A stretch of 64,000 nt of DNA from NCBI GenBank assembly GCA_947478395.1, contig CANJVR010000003.1, forward strand, positions 352,001-416,000, in the 5' to 3' direction. The position numbers and the translations under genes were made by a program. A model generated the notes under the pieces. The model made no database searches and was not told the DNA's origin. It saw only the letters and a program-made list of their open reading frames with translations. Below, in pieces: positions 19,046-27,440 of the stretch (position 1 is the stretch's first letter; every line of letters starts with the position of its first letter). This stretch comes from Opitutia bacterium (GTDB taxonomy: Bacteria; Verrucomicrobiota; Verrucomicrobiia; Opitutales; Opitutaceae).

Positions 19046-19861
19046 TCATGATTTGGCGGCGGACGGCTTGTCGGTGGTGGCCGGCGCGCGGGTCGGGGAG
19101 GGAGCCGGTGGGGTGTGGCTAAAACTATTTTCCAGCCGCTCGATTTTTTCGCGCAACAGATGCACCTCGCGAATGAGGTGATGAATCTCGGATTCTTCCT
19201 TGAGCTGGGCTTTCTCGAGAAAAAAAGTTGCGACGTAGGCGGTGAACGTCCCGAAGAAGCTCAACCCGAAGACCACCAGAATCACGGCGACCACGCGACC
19301 GGTGGCCGTCACCGGGTAGTGGTCGCCGTAGCCGATGGTGGTAATCGTGGCGAACGCCCACCATAGCGCATCGCCTGCGGAGTGGATGTTTGATCCGGCG
19401 ACACCGTGCTCGAGCTCGAAAACTGCGATGGTTGCGAACAACACGGCGACCAGTGACATCAATCCCACCATAACAAACGTCCCCTTTGCCCGCTCGGTCG
19501 AGAAATGTTCGTAAACGGCGGCGAAGGATCGGAGGGCCCGCAGAATCCGGAGAACCCGGAACACGCGCCCCCACCGCAGCCAGCTGATTTCAGGAATGCT
19601 CGACAGCAGATCGATCCAGCCGCTGCGCAGAAACCGGCGCTTCGACGGCGCGAGCCAGAGATGGACGGCAAAATCCGCGAGGAAGACTGCGCACACGCCG
19701 TGATCGATCCGGCCGAGGAGGCGACGCGTTTCCGGGTCGACCGGCACGAGTAATTCCGCGGTGAGTGCGCCGAGCGAATAGAGCGAGAGCAAGAGCACCA
19801 GCAGCTCCAAGTAAATCACGCGGCCGTTGAGTCGGGCGGCTTCCCGGAGGCTAAGGCTCAT
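19046..19861 (-). CDS. Voltage-gated-type potassium channel
   Basis: Arg-rich S4 (RWGRVFRVLRILRALR), WWAFATITTIGYGD selectivity filter. Confidence 0.92.
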   Translation of the reverse strand: MSLSLREAARLNGRVIYLELLVLLLSLYSLGALTAELLVPVDPETRRLLGRIDHGVCAVFLADFAVHLWLAPSKRRFLRSGWIDLLSSIPEISWLRWGRVFRVLRILRALRSFAAVYEHFSTERAKGTFVMVGLMSLVAVLFATIAVFELEHGVAGSNIHSAGDALWWAFATITTIGYGDHYPVTATGRVVAVILVVFGLSFFGTFTAYVATFFLEKAQLKEESEIHHLIREVHLLREKIERLENSFSHTPPAPSPTRAPATTDKPSAAKS

Positions 19862-19952
19862 GGAGCAAAGGTTGTGAACTGAAGGAGGAAGATTCCGGCG
19901 GCGGCGGTAAAGCTGGCCGCCGAATCGCCAAAGGCGATTCCAACCCTCCGCG

Positions 19953-19993
19953 CCGCAAGATCTGCACAGCCTTGGCCAACCCGCGCGGAGCCC
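19953..19993 (+). promoter_or_regulatory. 41-bp motif copy X (putative AraC-type tandem site) upstream of nitroreductase
   Basis: 33/41 identical to 21410-21450; followed after 17 bp by TAGATT. Confidence 0.65.
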
Positions 19994-20079
19994 AGGCTAA
20001 TTTTTTGGACTAGATTGCTCTCCCGGACCTGGCTGGCGCGCCGTGATCGACCGATTCCCCGTCGAACAATATTACCCTC

Positions 20080-20655
20080 ATGGAGACCATAGAATCGATT
20101 TATCACCGCCGCGCGGTGCGCCACTACACGCCTGAAGCGGTGCAACCGGCGGTGCTCATGCAATTGCTCGATGCGGCGGTGCAGGCGCCGAGCCCGTTGA
20201 ATTCCCAGCCGTGGTCCTTCGCCGTTTTCTGCGGCCGAGCGCGGCTCGCCGGCTTTTCGACGCGGATCAAAGAGCATTTGCTGCTCACTCTGCCTTCGAC
20301 GTGTGATTTGCACGAACATGTCGATCGGATGAACCGGCCCGAATACGATGCGTTTCACGGCGCGCCGGCCCTGGTGCTGATTTGCGCTAAACCGCAGGGA
20401 TATTCGCGGGAGGAGTCCTGCGCGTTGGCCGCCCAGAATCTGATGCTGGCTGCGCACGCTTCGGGACTCGGCACCTGTCCGGTGGGCTTTGTGCGGTCTT
20501 GGTTTCGATTGCCGCACATCAAGGACGAGCTGGATATCCCGGGAACGCACCTTCCGATGTTTCCGTTGGTCGTCGGGCATCCGGATGGGCGACCCGCGCC
20601 GCCGAATCATAAAAGGCCTGAAATTTTGGTTTGGGCCGATGGCGCGAGTGGGTGA
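20080..20655 (+). CDS. Nitroreductase family protein
   Basis: IYHRRAVRHY, APSPLNSQPW, AQNLMLAAHASGLGTC. Confidence 0.92.
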   Translation: METIESIYHRRAVRHYTPEAVQPAVLMQLLDAAVQAPSPLNSQPWSFAVFCGRARLAGFSTRIKEHLLLTLPSTCDLHEHVDRMNRPEYDAFHGAPALVLICAKPQGYSREESCALAAQNLMLAAHASGLGTCPVGFVRSWFRLPHIKDELDIPGTHLPMFPLVVGHPDGRPAPPNHKRPEILVWADGASG

Positions 20656-20665
20656 AGACGGTGGG

Positions 20666-21055
20666 TCATGTTCGCGCTCGTGGCGCGTGAGCCACCGAGA
20701 AGCGAGTCCAAGGGAGCGCACGGAGGCGTTCCGCCGGAATCGGCTGGTGACTGGCGAGGCAGATGCCGTAGGTCCCCGCCAGCAGCCGCTCCAATGCGGC
20801 GTCCACCTCGGCGAGGTGGTTCGCCTCCGATTTCACCTCGGAGATGAGATTTTCAAATTCGCTTTCGTCGGTGGCGCGGTCGCCGAAACCTGAATCGGTT
20901 TTTTCCAACGCCCCGGCTGCGGTCAGGTGGTCACGGGTTTTTCCCTGCAACTCGGCGCGCAGGCGTAGCAGCGTTTTCAAATGCCACTGCCATTTTGTCG
21001 GAATGCAGAATTTGGCCGCGGGGTTTGCGTTAGGTTTACGTGAGCGGGAGGTCAT
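20666..21055 (-). CDS. DksA/TraR family RNA polymerase-binding factor, single-Cys type
   Basis: GDRATDE coiled-coil tip; EVDAALERLLAGTYGICLAS..PIPAERLRALPW. Confidence 0.85.
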   Translation of the reverse strand: MTSRSRKPNANPAAKFCIPTKWQWHLKTLLRLRAELQGKTRDHLTAAGALEKTDSGFGDRATDESEFENLISEVKSEANHLAEVDAALERLLAGTYGICLASHQPIPAERLRALPWTRFSVAHAPRART

Positions 21056-21323
21056 GGGATGATTGGGCGTGAAGGCGAGAATTCGAGTTCGACGGCTGGA
21101 CTTCGGCGGTCGCAGAAATGGGGTGGCGTTGGCCCAGTGAGCAGAACGCACCGACTTCGTTTTGGGCGATCGTGCGGATGATCACGGAGAATTCGGTCAC
21201 AGAAGGGTCGCGCTCGCCGGCATCGAGCGCCGGCAGGGCGGCCTGCGACAGCACGAGCGCCTCCCGGTGCGCGCGGATGGTTGGGCGTCGGGAGCGCGAT
21301 GTCCGCACGAATTTTTCTCGCAT
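21036..21323 (-). CDS. Possible leaderless hypothetical protein upstream of dksA
   Basis: ATG 6 nt after the predicted -10 of motif copy Z; no recognised domain. Confidence 0.3.
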   Translation of the reverse strand: MREKFVRTSRSRRPTIRAHREALVLSQAALPALDAGERDPSVTEFSVIIRTIAQNEVGAFCSLGQRHPISATAEVQPSNSNSRLHAQSSHDLPLT

Positions 21324-21352
21324 GAGATGACTGTGCCATTCGCGGCGCTTTC

Positions 21353-21393
21353 TGGCTCCGCACCGATTGGCGAACCATGCGCATGTTTTGGCT
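21353..21393 (-). promoter_or_regulatory. 41-bp motif copy Z (inverted) facing the dksA unit
   Basis: Reverse complement 26/41 identical to copy Y, keeps GCCAA-N5-GCGGAGCC; followed after 17 bp by CACAGT in an extended -10 context (TGnCACAGT). Confidence 0.55.
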
Positions 21394-21409
21394 GAGCCGA
21401 TTTTGCCCA

Positions 21410-21450
21410 CCGCAAGAAACGCACAGGCTCCGCCAAGCCACGCGGAGCCC
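21410..21450 (+). promoter_or_regulatory. 41-bp motif copy Y upstream of the DUF2934-cco operon
   Basis: CCGCAAGA-N3-GCACAG-N5-GCCAA-N4-CGCGGAGCCC; followed after 18 bp by TACAGT in an extended -10 context (TGnTACAGT). Confidence 0.65.
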
Positions 21451-21498
21451 GCCTCCCGCCGCGTTTGCTACAGTGGTGGCCATCAACCCGCACCATTC

Positions 21499-21708
21499 AT
21501 GAAAAATAACTCCGCCGTGCTGCACGAACCCACCGAGGCCGAAATTCAACATCAGGCGTACCTCATTTGGTGTGAAGGGGGCTGCCGCGACGGCACCGCC
21601 TTGGAGGACTGGCAAGCTGCCCAAGAGTTGCTGCGGCACCGGCATGGCCGGGCCCATCCGGCGCCCAAAATACTCGCAGGCAAACGGCCCGCGCTCGGCG
21701 CTCGCTGA
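21499..21708 (+). CDS. DUF2934 domain protein
   Basis: EIQHQAYLIWCEGGCRDGTALEDWQAAQELL. Confidence 0.85.
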   Translation: MKNNSAVLHEPTEAEIQHQAYLIWCEGGCRDGTALEDWQAAQELLRHRHGRAHPAPKILAGKRPALGAR

Positions 21709-21717
21709 ACCACGGCT

Positions 21718-21975
21718 ATGGCCGTCGTACCACTCACCCTCACGATCAGTCTCTGCCTCGTCGTCACCTTCCTGGTTTTTTTCCTCTGCGAGCACGCGCG
21801 CGGGCGCCTGAGCAGTGCGGAACGCGATTCCCTGCTCCCGCTTGGCGATGAAACGCCCCACTTCGCCGCCGCGAAATCAGCCGCCGAGCCGAAGGCCAAG
21901 GCGCACGGCAGCGGCTGCGGCTGCCACGACGGCTTCCGCCCGCCGTGCCCCGGCTGCTTGAAACACCACGACTGA
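21718..21975 (+). CDS. ccoS: CcoS/FixS-like cbb3 maturation protein with Cys/His-rich tail
   Basis: N-terminal TM, AERDSLLPLGDE, position just before ccoN. Confidence 0.6.
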   Translation: MAVVPLTLTISLCLVVTFLVFFLCEHARGRLSSAERDSLLPLGDETPHFAAAKSAAEPKAKAHGSGCGCHDGFRPPCPGCLKHHD

Positions 21976-21990
21976 TTTCAATTTTTTCCC

Positions 21991-24318
21991 ATGTCCGACA
22001 AGAAAATCACCCTCGAGTTTAACGACAAAGTCGTACGCCAGTTCCTGCTCGCCTCCGTCATTTGGGGCGCCGTGGGCATGATCGTGGGCGTGCTGATCGC
22101 GTCGCAGCTCAACTTCTGGCGTCTCAATTTCAACCTGCCGTGGCTCACCTTCGGCCGGTTGCGACCCCTGCACACCAACGCGGTCATTTTCGCACTCGTG
22201 GGCAACATGATGTTTGCCGGCGTTTATTATTCCACCCAGCGGCTCGTGAAGGCGCGGCTCGCGAGTGATTTTCTCTCGGCGCTGCACTTCTGGGGCTGGC
22301 AGGCCATCATCGTCGCCGCCGCGATCACGCTCCCGCTCGGGTTCTCCCGCGGCAAGGAATACGCGGAGCTGATCTGGCCGATCGACATCGCCGTCACACT
22401 CATCTGGGTCGTGTTTGCGGTGAATTTTTTCTGGACGCTCGCGCGCCGGCGCGAGCCGAGCCTCTACGTCGCGATCTGGTTCTACATCGCGACGATCGTC
22501 ACCGTGGCGATGCTCTACATCGTCAACCATCTCTCGTTGCCGACGAGTTTGGTGCACAGCTATCCGCTTTTCGGCGGGGTGCAGGATGCGCTCGTGCAGT
22601 GGTGGTACGGGCACAACGCCGTGGCGTTCTTCCTCACCACACCGATCCTCGGCATCATGTATTACTTTCTGCCGAAGGCGGCGGAACGTCCGGTGTATTC
22701 CTACCGGCTCTCGGTGATTCATTTCTGGTCGCTCGTCTTCGTCTACATCTGGGCCGGTCCGCATCATTTGCTGAACACCGCACTGCCCGGCTGGCTGCAA
22801 AATCTCGGCATGACCTTCTCGCTCATGCTCTGGGCCCCGTCATGGGGCGGCATGCTCAACGGCCTGCTCACGCTCCGCGGCGCCTGGCACAAACTCCGCA
22901 CCGATCCGGTTCTGAAATTTTTCGCGGCCGCGGTCACATTTTACGGCATGGCGACGTTTGAGGGGCCGCTTCTCTCAATCAAGTCGGTCAACGCGCTCGC
23001 GCATTACTCCGACTGGATCATCGGCCACGTCCACGCCGGCGCCCTCGGCTGGAACGGCTTCATGGCGGCAGGCATGTTCTACTGGCTCGTGCCGCGGCTC
23101 TGGAGCAAACCGCTCCACTCGGTCGCGATGGCCAACCTGCACTTCTGGATCGGGACGGTCGGCATTCTCCTCTACGTTGCGGCGATGTGGACGAGTGGGA
23201 TCACGCAGGGCGTGATGCTCAACGCCACCACCGACGGTGGCACCGTCCTCGCTTACCCCAACTTTCTCGATACGCTTAATGCCATTCGATTCATGATGCT
23301 GATGCGCGTCGTAGGGGGCGCGCTGTATTTCACCGGTTGGTTGCTCATGGCTTTCAACCTCTGGAAAACCATCCGCCACGCCCAGCCGGTCAACGGCACG
23401 ATCGAGGTGTTCGAAGATGAGCCGGTCGCCGCCGCCGCCGAAACCGGACTCTCGGTGCTCGGCACTTTCCTCAACCCGCCCGTGCTGTTCTCGATCTTCG
23501 GCATCGCATTCGCGAGCGCGTGGATGTTTGGCAATCATCTCCTGAGCGTCGCCGGTCTCGTCGGTCTGATGCTCAGCGTCATTCTCGCTTACTCGCATTT
23601 CGAGTCGCGCGGCAAAGCCTGGGCGGGATGGTACGACCGGCTCCTCGTGAATTCGCTGCCGTTCACCTTGCTGACGTTGCTCGCGGTGGTCGCCGGCGGG
23701 CTGATCCAGATCATCCCGACGGTGCTCGTCGAGAAAGCCGTGAATCTCGAGGACCGTCGGCAGATTCCTTACACGCCGCTCGAACTCGCCGGTCGCGATC
23801 TCTATGTGCGCGAGGGCTGCTATAACTGCCATTCACAGATGATCCGTACGCTCGTCCCGGATGTCCTCCGCTACGGCGACTATTCGCGCCTCGGCGAATC
23901 GATCTACGATCATCCATTTCAATGGGGCTCGAAGCGCACCGGTCCGGATCTCGCCCGCGAAGGCGGGAAGTATCCGAACATCTGGCACCTCCGCCACCTT
24001 GAGGACCCGCGCGGCATTTCCCCCGGATCGAACATGCCGAACTATCCCTGGCTCATCGCGGCCACGCTCGATACGAGCACGCTGTCCAAGAAGATCGCCG
24101 CCCAACGCGCGATTGGCGTGCCGTATCCGAACTGGACGCCCGAGCAAATCGCCACCCGCGTCGACGAGCAAGCGAAGGCCATCGCTCAGGATCTGCGCAC
24201 CGCCGGCGCCTTTGTCGCACCGGACAAAGAGGTCATCGCGCTCATCGCCTACCTTCAAAAGTTGGGCTCCTACGAGATCGTGCGCGGCGGGCCGACAAAA
24301 GTAGCGGGTAGCGAATAG
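21991..24318 (+). CDS. ccoNO: cbb3-type cytochrome c oxidase fused subunits I/II
   Basis: FGRLRPLHTN, QWWYGHN, WAGPHH, WIIGHVH; CcoO part EGCYNCHSQMIR, WGSKRTGPDL, SNMP. Confidence 0.97.
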   Translation: MSDKKITLEFNDKVVRQFLLASVIWGAVGMIVGVLIASQLNFWRLNFNLPWLTFGRLRPLHTNAVIFALVGNMMFAGVYYSTQRLVKARLASDFLSALHFWGWQAIIVAAAITLPLGFSRGKEYAELIWPIDIAVTLIWVVFAVNFFWTLARRREPSLYVAIWFYIATIVTVAMLYIVNHLSLPTSLVHSYPLFGGVQDALVQWWYGHNAVAFFLTTPILGIMYYFLPKAAERPVYSYRLSVIHFWSLVFVYIWAGPHHLLNTALPGWLQNLGMTFSLMLWAPSWGGMLNGLLTLRGAWHKLRTDPVLKFFAAAVTFYGMATFEGPLLSIKSVNALAHYSDWIIGHVHAGALGWNGFMAAGMFYWLVPRLWSKPLHSVAMANLHFWIGTVGILLYVAAMWTSGITQGVMLNATTDGGTVLAYPNFLDTLNAIRFMMLMRVVGGALYFTGWLLMAFNLWKTIRHAQPVNGTIEVFEDEPVAAAAETGLSVLGTFLNPPVLFSIFGIAFASAWMFGNHLLSVAGLVGLMLSVILAYSHFESRGKAWAGWYDRLLVNSLPFTLLTLLAVVAGGLIQIIPTVLVEKAVNLEDRRQIPYTPLELAGRDLYVREGCYNCHSQMIRTLVPDVLRYGDYSRLGESIYDHPFQWGSKRTGPDLAREGGKYPNIWHLRHLEDPRGISPGSNMPNYPWLIAATLDTSTLSKKIAAQRAIGVPYPNWTPEQIATRVDEQAKAIAQDLRTAGAFVAPDKEVIALIAYLQKLGSYEIVRGGPTKVAGSE

Positions 24319-24393
24319 GTCGAACCACGAAGGACCGACTCCCGCGCCCCGCTTTTCCTCCGCCTTCTCCACCCATTCCTTCTTTTCCCTCCC

Positions 24394-24591
24394 GTGTTCA
24401 AACGACTCGTCTTTGAAGAATCCGCTGCGCTGTTCACCATCACCGCTTTTGTCACCGCGGTCTCGATCTACGTCGCCGTCACTTGGCGCGCCGTGCGGAT
24501 GAAGCGTCCGCAACTTGAGCGCTTTGAGAACCTGCCTTTCGCCATCGCCACGCCCGCCGCCGTCCATGACACCGACCAACTTTCCGCCTGA
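24394..24591 (+). CDS. ccoQ: CcoQ-like small subunit
   Basis: Single TM followed by ERFENLPF; lies between ccoO and ccoP. Confidence 0.6.
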   Translation: MFKRLVFEESAALFTITAFVTAVSIYVAVTWRAVRMKRPQLERFENLPFAIATPAAVHDTDQLSA

Positions 24592-25144
24592 AGACACCGA
24601 TCGTCTCCGTCACCACCGCTTCGACGGCATTCAGGAATTCGACAAGCGCCTCCCAAACTGGTGGCTGATGACACTCTACGGCTCGATCCTCTTCTGGGTC
24701 GGCTACTGGGGTTACTACCAATGGCTGAAAGCCGGCCCGGACGGCCCGCAGGAAATCACGCTGGCGATGAGCCGGATTGAGGCGGCGCGCCTCGCCTCGG
24801 CGCCGACGACGGACGATCCCAGCCTTTGGAAAATGAGCCGCAACCCCGTGATCGTCGAGTCGGGCCGGGCCACATTCAACACCACGTGCGCAAGCTGTCA
24901 TACCGACAAGCTCACCGGCGCGATCGGCCCCAACTTGGTCGACCGGCTCTGGATTCACGGCGGCAAACCCGCGGAAATCTACGTTACGGTGGACAAGGGC
25001 GTGCTCGCTAAAGGCATGCCGCCGTGGGGCCCCATCCTCGGCCCCAAGAAAGTCAGTGAGGCCGTCGCTTATATTCTCAGTTATCACACCGAAGGAGAAC
25101 CCATCGAGGTGCAGGCCGCGTGGATTCCCGTGCTGCCGAAGTGA
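24566..25144 (+). CDS. ccoP: cbb3 subunit III, short mono-haem form
   Basis: HRFDGIQEFDKRLPNWW, one CASCH, GPNL, GMPPW. Confidence 0.9.
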   Translation: MTPTNFPPEDTDRLRHHRFDGIQEFDKRLPNWWLMTLYGSILFWVGYWGYYQWLKAGPDGPQEITLAMSRIEAARLASAPTTDDPSLWKMSRNPVIVESGRATFNTTCASCHTDKLTGAIGPNLVDRLWIHGGKPAEIYVTVDKGVLAKGMPPWGPILGPKKVSEAVAYILSYHTEGEPIEVQAAWIPVLPK

Positions 25145-25174
25145 CGCGTACATTCGCGCCGTTTCTCCTTCGTC

Positions 25175-26617
25175 ATGTCCCCTCCCGTTGCTCCGCCGCC
25201 GAACCGCGATTCTGTCACCACGATTGCGGCCGATGGCTCGCGGCGTTTGCTCTATCCGGCGGACACCCACGGTAGATTCACGCGCGCGCGTCAGTGGTCG
25301 GCCGCAGGGCTGATCGTATTCTACCTTTCGCTGCCGTGGATCAAAGTTAATGGGTATCCGGCGGTATTCCTCGATATCACGGAGCGGCGCTTCCACCTCT
25401 TCGGCCTCACGCTGGCGGCGCAGGATCTCTGGCTGATGTTTTTCCTGATCACGGGCGTCGGCTTCTCGCTCTTCTTTATCACGGCGTTGTTGGGACGCAT
25501 CTGGTGCGGCTGGGCTTGCCCGCACACGGTATTCCTCGACCACGTGTACCGCCGCATCGAACGCTGGATCGACGGCGATGCGGTCAGCCGCCGTGCGCTC
25601 GCCGCGGCGCCGCTGACGGCCGGAAAGTTTTTCAAACGCGCGCTGAAGCATACGCTCTACGTGCTCGTCTCGGCGGTGATCACGCACCTATTCCTCGCCT
25701 ACTTTGTTTCTCTGCCGGCCGTGTGGGCGATGGTGAGCGCAGCGCCCGTGGAGCATTGGAGCGCGTTTGGCTTCGTCGCGGTCTATACCGGCGGGCTCTA
25801 TTTCAACTTCGCCTGGTTTCGAGAGCAGCTCTGTATCGTCATCTGCCCGTACGGCCGCATCCAGTCGGCCTTGATCGACGACAACTCACTCGTGATTGGC
25901 TACGACGCGAAGCGCGGCGAACCCCGCGGGAAAGTGGGCCCGCCGAACGCCGGCGCGTGCGTCGCTTGCAACCGCTGCGTTCAGGTCTGCCCCACCGGCA
26001 TCGATATCCGGCAGGGCCTGCAGATGGAGTGCATCGGCTGCACGGCGTGCATCGATGCGTGCGACGACGTGATGGACCGGCTGCATCGTCCGCGGGGGCT
26101 GATTCGCTACGACTCGCAAACCGCCTTCGCCGGCAAAACCACCCGCTGGCTGCGGCCACGCACAATTTTATACGGCGTCCTGCTCACCGTGGGCGCGACC
26201 GTCGCGACTTGGGCGCTGTCGACGGTACGACCAGCCAATCTTGGCGTCACTCGGATCACGGGCGCGCCCTACATCGTCAGTGCGGACTTTGTGCGGAATC
26301 AGTTTCTCGTGCGTCTGGTCAACAAGCGCAACGAGCCCGCGCGCTTCGTGCTCCGCGTCGGGGACGCGCCGGCCGCACTTCGGCAGACCGGCCTGACCTC
26401 GACCATCGAAGTCGCCGCGCTCGCCGAGATAGTCCAGCCGTTGGTACTGCAGATGCCGCGTGCGGCGTACACCGGTCCGTTTCACTTCGAGATGCGCGTG
26501 CGGGACGAGGCGGGGACGTTTCACCTGGAACGCACCGCGGAGTTTCTCGGGCCGGAAGCGCGTTTATTGCGGGAAGACGAGGAGGATGAAAAACGTGAGC
26601 ACGAATCCAAAAAATAA
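25175..26617 (+). CDS. ccoG: cbb3 accessory 4Fe-4S protein
   Basis: GRIWCGWACP, CIVICPYGR, CVACNRCVQVCPTGIDIR, CIGCTACIDAC. Confidence 0.95.
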   Translation: MSPPVAPPPNRDSVTTIAADGSRRLLYPADTHGRFTRARQWSAAGLIVFYLSLPWIKVNGYPAVFLDITERRFHLFGLTLAAQDLWLMFFLITGVGFSLFFITALLGRIWCGWACPHTVFLDHVYRRIERWIDGDAVSRRALAAAPLTAGKFFKRALKHTLYVLVSAVITHLFLAYFVSLPAVWAMVSAAPVEHWSAFGFVAVYTGGLYFNFAWFREQLCIVICPYGRIQSALIDDNSLVIGYDAKRGEPRGKVGPPNAGACVACNRCVQVCPTGIDIRQGLQMECIGCTACIDACDDVMDRLHRPRGLIRYDSQTAFAGKTTRWLRPRTILYGVLLTVGATVATWALSTVRPANLGVTRITGAPYIVSADFVRNQFLVRLVNKRNEPARFVLRVGDAPAALRQTGLTSTIEVAALAEIVQPLVLQMPRAAYTGPFHFEMRVRDEAGTFHLERTAEFLGPEARLLREDEEDEKREHESKK

Positions 26618-26741
26618 ACCGTCGCGTCTCTGGATCTGGTTCGCCGCGGCTTGCATAGTGCAGGTCGCGGTCTGGACGGGATGGATTGTTTTCGCGTCGA
26701 AGCACCGCGTGGCCGAGGTACCGTTGGCGACGGCGCGCTGA
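26595..26741 (+). CDS. Small single-TM protein in the CcoH/FixH position
   Basis: GGAGG 9 nt before GTG; LWIWFAAACIVQVAVWTGWIVFA. Confidence 0.55.
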   Translation: MSTNPKNKPSRLWIWFAAACIVQVAVWTGWIVFASKHRVAEVPLATAR

Positions 26742-26743
26742 CC

Positions 26744-27439
26744 ATGGAACTCGCCTCGATCAATTCGACCGGCGCTGCGTTTGTTGCCGGACTTGTCACG
26801 AGTCTGCATTGCGCGGGGATGTGTGGACCGCTGGCGTGTTCGCTCATGCCGCGCGGGCCGGAGCGTTCGAGTGCCGATGCGATCAGCACGACGTATCATC
26901 TTTCACGTTTGACCGCGTATGGCGTGCTTGGAGCGCTGGCGGGCGGACTCGGGCGCGCGCCACTTTCGTGGGTATCGCAGTCGGCGCTGCGTTGGCTGCC
27001 GTGGTTCACGGTGGTGCTGTTTCTGGCGATCGCGTTTCGCTGGGACCGGCATCTGCCGAAGATCGCGCTGCTCGGTCGCGGAGTTTTGAAATTGCAGACG
27101 TGGATGCAGGGTCGTTCGCGGGTGCAGGCGGCCGCAGTCCTTGGGTTTGCCACGCCGTTGCTGCCGTGCGGGCCGCTCTATTTTCTGGTCGCGTTGGCGT
27201 TGTTGTCGGGCTCGGCGCTGCGCGGGGTGGAGTTCATGGTGGCCTTCGGGCTCGGGACGGTGCCGTTGCTGTGGGTCGCGCAATCGCAATTTTTCTGGCT
27301 GCGAACAAAACTTTCGCCGCGGGCGATGGATGGTGCGCGTCAGACGCTCGCGCTCGCGGCGGCGTTGGTGGTTGCGTGGCGGCTGCGGGGCACGCTCGGT
27401 TTCGTCGGACCGGATCCGGCGTCGTGGATTTGTTTTTGA
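26744..27439 (+). CDS. DsbD_2 / TauE-SafE-like membrane protein (cbb3 biogenesis)
   Basis: SLHCAGMCGP, LLPCGPLY, FGLGTVP. Confidence 0.88.
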   Translation: MELASINSTGAAFVAGLVTSLHCAGMCGPLACSLMPRGPERSSADAISTTYHLSRLTAYGVLGALAGGLGRAPLSWVSQSALRWLPWFTVVLFLAIAFRWDRHLPKIALLGRGVLKLQTWMQGRSRVQAAAVLGFATPLLPCGPLYFLVALALLSGSALRGVEFMVAFGLGTVPLLWVAQSQFFWLRTKLSPRAMDGARQTLALAAALVVAWRLRGTLGFVGPDPASWICF

Positions 27440-27440
27440 G

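Noticed and set aside
21473..21486. FNR box before the cco operon
   Set aside because: Only the ATCAA half is present (GTGGT-N4-ATCAA) and it lies at or downstream of the predicted -10.
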